From: Botryllus schlosseri
Lineage: Eukaryota
NCBI GenBank assembly: GCA_051294905.1
Contig: CM119378.1
Coordinates: 13,454,001 to 13,518,000, forward strand
DNA: 64,000 nt
Direction: 5' to 3'
Positions within the stretch are counted from its first letter, which is position 1. The number at the start of each line of letters is the position of its first letter. Shown one piece after another: positions 51,601 through 60,600 of this stretch. The notes under the pieces are model-generated. The model made no database searches and was not told where the DNA came from. It saw nothing but the letters and a program-made list of their open reading frames with translations. Position numbers and translations under genes: made by a program.

Positions 51601-54600
51601 ACATACCACATCTGACAAGGACGTCGCAGCCACAGTTATTTTTTTCGATAATTGGTGTGTCATAAGTGTTGGGACATTTCTCGACTTCCTTGCATGGTTG
51701 TGGTTTGCAAACCTGTCACAAAAGCAATGGCATACATGTAATTTTTAAAACCAAATGATGCGATATATGGTTTTAGGATCGAGCCATTACCTTCGATACA
51801 CAAGTAATTTCAAAATCCTTCAAATCGAGTTGCGAGTCAAGTCACACAAATCTCAAAGTGACTCGAATCTGACTAAAGTTATCCCGGCATAACCTGAATA
51901 CCACATACTTTATAAAAACCAGGTTTCTGTCTCATGCAATGTCTCAAGACGTTTCATATACCCCTTACCAATAACCCCGCCAGGATGCAAATAATCTGAT
52001 AGCATGCAATTTTAGGGTGAATAAATAATTAATACACTTTACCTCTTTTGGGCATTTATCGATGTCCATCTCACTGGTACAAACGCAATCGAAGCATTTC
52101 GCGGGCGACTCTTCAACACGGACGTAATTCTTTCCAATCTACATTTTTCGAAATCAGTTAGAGAACATGGTAGCGCCGAGTGCTAATGGCAATATTACCG
52201 GGTAGGTCTTGTTCTGGTAATTATCCCAGCATTCGTCACACCCGCAGTAGTAGCACGGCGACTTGCAGATATCGGCAGATTCGTTGACTTTCCTTACGAA
52301 AGGCAGAGGACAGTTGATCGATGGGCATTTCTCAATGTATTCTAAAAATAACAGTGAAAATTAGAACCTGAATTCAAGAGTTTTGAATCTATACCTATAA
52401 CATGATAAACATATTTTTGCTGACAAGACCAATACTTTCTGTCGATATCAAAATGTGATACACTTCAAATACAACTTTTAATCAATTTCAGTAATCTATA
52501 TTAGATATATATCATTTCGATATTTCTACAAGATCATAATTAATCTTCTGAGTCTTGAAATGCTGGAATCACCAAAACAACTCACCACATTCATTCTGGT
52601 CACATCCACACGTATCCTTGACCACTTGCGACACAAATTGACATTCGCCACATTCGGAAGGTTTCTGGCAAATGTCAATGGGCACCGGGCAGTTGGTGTC
52701 TTCGGAACCGTTTACGCATCGTTGCCAACATCCGCTCGCGCCGACGAATTCATCGCCAATCTAATTAGAATAAAGTCAATTGAGGTAAATTGGTTTCATT
52801 GATTGCCAGCCCGCTCTTTGGATATTGAATATTTCAGTCCATAAAATAGGTTCATAAGCTGTACCACACCATTTGATATCGGCATATATTGTCGCCACAG
52901 GGGGTCAGTAATTCAGTACTTCTAGTTTTATTGGTTACACAAGTAGGTTTTGCCTACAGTGGTTATGTTTTAGACGAATTCCACTTGTACTGTAACGGTG
53001 ATTTTTTACACGGCACATTTTGTAAAGTAGAAAGTAGCGTGGGGACAGGTTTGCATCCTTGTATGCGAGAAACTGCCATAAAAACTGCGTGAAATAGCTC
53101 TTGTGTTCCACTAACTGAATATGCATCTGAAATTTGCACTAATTTGTACAGTCACCAGTCATTTTGCGTTACTCGCAAATACAAATCTTGCTGTTTCGGA
53201 GGTAGTCACCACCAGTGAACTGCTAAAAGTGTCCAACCCCTCGACCAAATTTACTTTATGACAATACTTAATTTGACGTGTCTTTGAAATCGCTACTTCT
53301 TCTTGCCTTTGAAAGCGAAGCTAACTACATTAACCACCCCTGATTACCGTTACATATAAGACTGGCTATTGTAGAGAGCCAAAATTTAAATGTATGACAA
53401 TGGGAACTTCACTGGTAATATACTTATATACGATGATTGAGCCAGGTTTACAATTCACTTACCTCATAAACCTTGACTTTTCCGTCGATTGTGACTCTGC
53501 AGGCGCTGTGGCAAACTGAAAATAAGGTCGTAGTGTTTTTAACACTGCCGCACTGTTACTCTTTAGTTCATTGCACTGTCACTAAATCCGCCAAGATTGC
53601 GATATTTTGATACTTGAGGAATATACGCCGATAACACTCACCACACTCGTGGATTTCGCAACAGTCGGTCGAATCCATGGTAAGGAACGACAATCTTTCG
53701 TTGTATCCGCATTCCGGCGTCGGCGCGCAAGTGATGTTTTCGTAGTTTCTCGTCTCAAAGCATCCGTTCGAATCTCGGGTCATTCTCTCGCACGAGAACT
53801 TCATGCATTTCTTGGTCCACTTGTCGCCGATCTATTCATAATATATACGGAGGCTAATGGAACGAATTGCTTTAAGGATTTTGTCTGAGTATTACCAATT
53901 TCAGGCTCTTGACGTTGAGTTCGTTGTAATCGTAGCAGCAATCGCATTCTGCAAAGTGATATAGCATCGTAAAATGGCAAATTCAAGCATTCAAATTCGT
54001 ATTTGATAAGCGTTAAGAGCAGGATTTTGCAGATTTCTGACATAGCTAGACTGAATTGAGAATCTTTAAGGCGTGAAACACTGGAGTGTAAGATTTTTGC
54101 AAAGTTTTTCACTAAAATCTCAGAAAAAAAGGTCTTAAATGATTTTACCATAGTCTATGTTGCTTACGTAACAAGAGCTGGTGATTAAAATTTTAATTCA
54201 ATATTCCCGGTGCCACCACATACCTGTATCAAGGCAGATGATACAAATAACGTCTGGCACGATTGGCAGACAGTATATCAGACAGTATCGACAAGCCAGA
54301 AAAATGCAGAAGAATTCTAAAGTATCTTAATGCACTCTAAATTGGTTACTTAATAAGTATGGTGATCCAAATTTCAATTTATTACTCCCGCTGCCATCAC
54401 ATATCTGGATCAAGCAGACAATATTAGTATGGTCACAGAGGCTGAGAGTATATCAGATAGAACTTTCAAAAAGTCAGAGACATTATTTTGATAACCCTCA
54501 GTTTTAAAAGGGAAAGCCGAGTGTTGCTCATACTGATATAACATACCGCATTCTCCCCATGGACAGCAATCTCCCGGACGGGTCTTGTTAACCCAGACGA

Positions 54601-57600
54601 ATCCGGGTTCGCATGTTGGCGATGGGCCAGTAGTGCACGGCGCTTGGATTCTTGTCACGACCGGGCATTCGGTCGGGTCAAGCTTTTCCAGATTGTCGAC
54701 GCAGGTGTCCGTGTAACAGCAATTCGATTCTTCCTCGTCTTTGCACCATTCGTTAACCTCACCAGGCTAAACGGAAAAAAAATGATTCTCAAAATGTGAA
54801 TATAATACGGGCACGTGATAACATTACCAGGATGTGTGGCATCAGAGTCCATTCTCCATTTTCTTTGATGGTGCATGTCTCGCACACTGAAATGCAAGGC
54901 AAAAGAAAAATCAGCAAGCCTTCAATGTATCCCTATTTGTCTAACTATAATATGTCACATACCTCCAAATATATACCCACTACTTTCATCATATTAAGTG
55001 TAATCACTAGGGCTAGGCTAAATCAAGCAATATGTATCACGAATCATGTTTCTCAATGTTGAGCTATGGCTATCTGGGTATAGTACATGGAGATTATATA
55101 TTACTGCACTTAGCTTTATACACAATCTAATTGCAAATTTGAGTAGGATACCGATTGCATTCACGATATAATCAGAGAGTACTCACGGCAATAATATTCC
55201 TCAGGACAGCAGTCGTCACCAGTCGGTCTGATTTTGAGTACTTCATGTTCCTTGCAGTTGACTTCCTCAATGTTTTGCGCGCACGGTACACGACTTTCTC
55301 TCTGCATATTTCAAAGGAACCGTGCGTTTTTAAAGGATCAAGATGATATTTTGGTCGATCTACCTGGATGAAGCATTGCGGTTCTGTGGCGAAGGGGTGA
55401 TTCTCGCAGTTGTATTCCACGCAATATGTTTTGGCGCCTCTTTCCGGTGTCGGGAGTACTCTGAAGTGTAACGGGGGCATGAATGGAAATATAAATTATA
55501 AATTGTCATTACAGAGGAAATAAATTCTTAATGTTGCTTTTTGAAGATATATCTCTCTGTTTTGTAAATCGATACTTTATTTTGTATCTCAAACACTACT
55601 GAATTAAAATACTTTTGACACCAAGGATATCACTAGGAGAAGGATTTAACTTGAAACAAACCATAGCTAAAAATGCTTACGGGAACACTTTTCTCCATGC
55701 CTTATCTTCCGGTGTTTTTCCCGCATCGCACGAATCGTTTCGTTCTTTGCAAGCTAGAATTGAAATTTCACATTGAAATCATTGTACACGTTGACCAAGC
55801 CTATATCGGGAACATTTTCAATCTGTTGTTTTTATGCAACACATACACTTAGATAAGAGATGAGTATAGTTTGGGATTTCACAAAAATAAATTTAATGAT
55901 TTTGGCAAGATTAGGATCGGATACATCCTATTTTTAAAGCAAGATTTCAATTTAGAATAGGACATGATAATTTACAATTCTCATGTGACTATTCAATAAA
56001 GTTTCCGTCATTATCGGATATGTGCAATGTGCATAGATTGAAATTGATGCATCTCTAATCCAGAACATCTCAATATCATCCACATGCAATTCCGAGAAAA
56101 AATCATCCTACTATTTTCGCATTCACGGCAGTTCTTGCACGCAGCTGTGGTAGAGTTCCAGCACGATTGGTCGTAGTATCTGTCATCGTACGGCGGGATC
56201 GGGTATTCGTCGCACTCATACAGTTCAATGGTTCCATTGTAGCAAAGATCACCGGTGGTGTCAGCCGCGCACCATTCAACGAGGCAAGAGTCAGTCTCGT
56301 GTGGGAAATAGACAGTTTGACCAGGCTGAAATTTGACAATGTATGAATTGGTTTGCTATTGATGAATAAATGTAAATTCGCGAAAACCAACCTCAACTCG
56401 CAATACAGCGCCTGAAGGTGTCTTACAGAGATCACACTTTTCTGCAATAAGGATGTTTCGAAGTTAGAGCACATCCGACCCATTTTTCAACATGGAAATA
56501 ACCAGAGTTGCCATCGACATATATAAAAAATAAGGATAGCCAAACAATAAGCAGGTGAAAAGGCTCATCGCACCCTCATTGCCGATAATAGGTGGAAAAT
56601 AAGGACACAAGTCAAATATACAGAAAAATCTAGCGAACAAGTACGGTATGGCAACCCTGGATATAACGAGACCTACCGCAAGAGTGGCACATATTTTCCC
56701 GCGAGAACCACGTACACTTTGAGTTCCTTTCGGTTTCGAGAATGCATTTCTGCGTCATCTCATCGAGAATGTAGCCCTGAAACGTTTTTTCATGTTGAAA
56801 CAAAGACGTTAAGACAAAAACGCGGTATTTCGACTTACGGATGGACACTTGGGGAAGCACCCTTCAACACACCATTGCGTGTCAACAGGTTGAAGGCAGT
56901 CGCAGCATGTGTCGGTGATGCAAGTGGCACAAGGTCGGTAGTGCCAGAGGCAGATGTCTTCGTTGTCATTATACTGTTCGCACATGATCGCTGAAAAAGC
57001 ATTTGTATTTCACCAGTGAAATCAACTAATATCTATTGTGACAAGCACTCGTATCCGAAGAGAAAATTCAACGGATTTACGACACTATTTCATTGGCGTT
57101 GGTTGAGAATATAATAGTATTTAGTCATGAGGAAGTATTTCTATTTAGGTTTCACACCAAGTAGTTGCAAATTATCTCCAGGACAACCACCTCTGGTTGT
57201 CCAGCTACCGCAATGTCTTCGTATTAACATGTTATATTAGATAATTCGCACTCAAAAAAGCACGCAACCATCAAGCTAAGCAATATTGAGAAGTTGCTAA
57301 ACATGTTGCATTATATGTAATAGTTCATGGGGAGGGGTGACAAACCAAACACCAGTCGAATCAAAAATTAACTTACGGCATAGACTGTTGGTTCTCCATT
57401 CGATGGCTACCCCCTTGTTGGAGCAAGTGTGTGCGTAGTGAGCAATCGCCGTACAGAGGCATTCACAGTCACCACCGTTATCGCACCCGCACGTATCGTA
57501 CACGCAGATGTCAAAATATTCCTGCGGGTTCACCTAAAATTGCCAAAAACCTCAATGTAAATTTTCTTTCTCGCAATGTCCAGCAGTAAAGATTCATACC

Positions 57601-60600
57601 ACTGAATGACAGGCTGCGAATGGGCCTTCGGAGTCGAGGATGGTGTGGCACTTTTTGTTGGCCCAGTCTTTTCTGGATGCGTCCGAGCACGTAGCGTTGG
57701 CTTGTGTTTCGAAGGTTGTATCGGGACACAATGCTCTTTGTCCGGTGAACTGGAAATGTAGATAGCAGATATGACACAAGCAGTGAGAGTAGACATGGTG
57801 AAATTATGACAGGTTACCCATTAGATTACATTGATTTATTGTAATTGCCCCAATTTACCTAGTACTGAGTAGTCAATGGACACTAGGTAGAGGCAGGGTT
57901 GTAATGACTCGAGTCACGATTTTTTGGTGACTCGACTTGACTCGAGTCATTTTTTCAAATGTGTAAATGACTCGACTCGAGTCAATTTGTGTATTGACTC
58001 GACTTGTACTCCAGTCATTGTGCATGACTCGAACTAAATCATATGACTCGAGACTGGGGCGGACAAGAGTCCAAGACAGACATATTGCAACTTCGAAGAA
58101 TAGTAATAAAGTCACCGTATTACTGATATTTCGTCTATCAGTCCCGATACTTGCAAAATAGGGCAGCGTAATTCCTAGTTACCTTCCAGCTGTTTCCAAA
58201 TTCGAGTACGTTCTTGGTTTTCAAACCAGTCGATTGCATCAGGTCATTTTCGTCGACGCCGTCAAAGTTTCCACACAGACCGCACGTCGTTCTCTAGGAG
58301 CCAAAAGAATCATTATTATCAACAAAAAGGCCATTGCATTCATTTTGGATATCCACCTGGAATTCTTCGGTGAGACGGATGTAGACTCTTGTGCCGTTGT
58401 CCCACAAGACGGTCATGCCGATGCAGGTGTCGATCACGGTGAAGATACCTTTCTGTTTGATGGTGAATGTTTCCGCGACGCTGTGATCGGTGTCGCCAGT
58501 CACGCCGCCAGCATTGATTTGACGAGACTTCTCTCCTCCGATCTTCTCGATGATGGCTTCTTTGCCTCGTTGCAGAATGATACGTTGATTCTGAATGATA
58601 CAGTTGCAGGTATGCCACAGAGATTAGCAATGGGCATTGCTCAGTGAGCAACAAATACGGTATCACAAAGTTCAAAATTGTGGGAAGGGGTGAAAACTAC
58701 CGATTTCAAAGAATTTTAAATATATGTGCGGTAAAATCAAGTGATTACAATTTTGGATATCGTGGCAACACACAACCACAATCCATTAACCGGGAAAAAC
58801 AACTTTTATGCGGAATGCAACAATATTTATAAACCATTATGACATCACGTCGTCATTGTGACATCACAAACGTAAGTGACGTCACACCGTTAAAATTGGA
58901 TATTTATATGTACTCCGAAAAATGTTGATTTATTGATGAATTAAATTTTAGTAAAAATTTAACCTTGACCGAGATGATGATCGATTTCGAGCAGGCCATT
59001 CCAGCGGTACCACATCGTTCGTTACTGGTTACTACGCTGAAGAGACCTTGTCGCGGGTTGTTGGGGCAATAATCCTGAAAAAACGGATCGTTCGGTTCAT
59101 TATATGCGATCTAAAGAATTGCGATATTCGTACGGTTGCCAGAATGTATTCGCAGTCGCCCTCGTAGTCATATCTGAGTCCGTCGAATGATTTGTAATGC
59201 GACGCTCCCACAGCCCAGCATGTTCTCGGGCAAACGAGATCCGTGCGCTTGAATTCGCCGCCGGAACAGGTACTGTAATCAATGCATTGGAATTACATGC
59301 TGAAATGTCAGGAATGAAGTTGCAACGAAAATTGAGTTGCTCTGGTGTTAATGCTTATATGGCAACATCCAATTACCGTATTCCACAATAATATTTGAAC
59401 AGCTTCTTGGAGGTGCAGAACTTCAATATACAATTGAATAGTATATTCATATTATTGAATAGTATATTCATATTGAAATGAACCCGAATATTTTCGGCTG
59501 ACACTCGTCAGGGGTAATCGTCAGCAACTAGTAGCCTAGAGAATTCGAAAGAACAGCGTATATCAACAATCGTAACACAAAATATGACGTCACCAGCACG
59601 AAATGTCGAATACGAGAGCGTTCAATGTACTATTTTAGATGATACACGAACTCTTTTTGTTGACAGAGCCTTGGCTGGTGTATTTTGATAAAAGTCGACT
59701 CCAAGGCACACCAATGAAAGTAGTTGCTGACGATTACCGCTGACGAGCGTCAGCCGAAACTATTCGGGTTCATTTCAATATGAATATACTATTCAACAAT
59801 AATATTTGGCTGTATCGATTCCTTCATATTTTCACTGGTGAAATATAACCAAAGTATATCATCACCGGACATACAACCTCGTCGAAATCGTTATGTGCAA
59901 TAGGCCATTTCGTGCAACCATAATCGCCGATTTAAAACGTTCGAAATTGCACGCACCGTACGCAAGTATTACGTCCGGGTTATGCAACACAAAGCATTAA
60001 TCAACGCCTACACTCCTACATGCATTGAAATTCACCTTGCGCCATTAACGTAAGGGCGTGGCGCATTACCGCATAATTCACATCAACGGCGCTTGATACA
60101 GGCGCACAACTAAAATAGATCGGTCAATGGCATCTCCACGACCTCAATGATAATGAACATAATGTTGAATAGGTCGAGAATGTTAATTAATCGGCTTAGA
60201 CGTACGGTCGCAGAGTGACTGATGTATCATGTATGGATGTGAAAGCTAATTGCGGGAAACTTGCGTATGGCTTGTGTTGTGCAATTTACCGATGGCTGCG
60301 GATCATCAAGCCTTTACTGATCAAACAGCGTGCAAAGTGGAAAGGGTAATTCCTATACCATCGAAGGTATAAAAGAAACAGGTGGTGTTGATAACTCCTT
60401 TCAAGTTGCAACGTTTATACAATTTGAGCATTAGGACAAGTAGCCTAGCCTTGGCGCTGTGAACTGATTCATTCATTCCATCTATTGTTCTCGTCCCTAG
60501 TTCGAAACATTTAATCAACGATTGCACCATCGATATGAAACCATCTCGTCCTGGATGGTTCGGTTTCATAATCGCATTGGGCGTGTCCAGCATACCGATT

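Noticed and set aside
31500-52341. Super-repeats as an assembly duplication artefact
   Set aside because: Copies differ strongly in protein sequence, intron sequence and intron presence.
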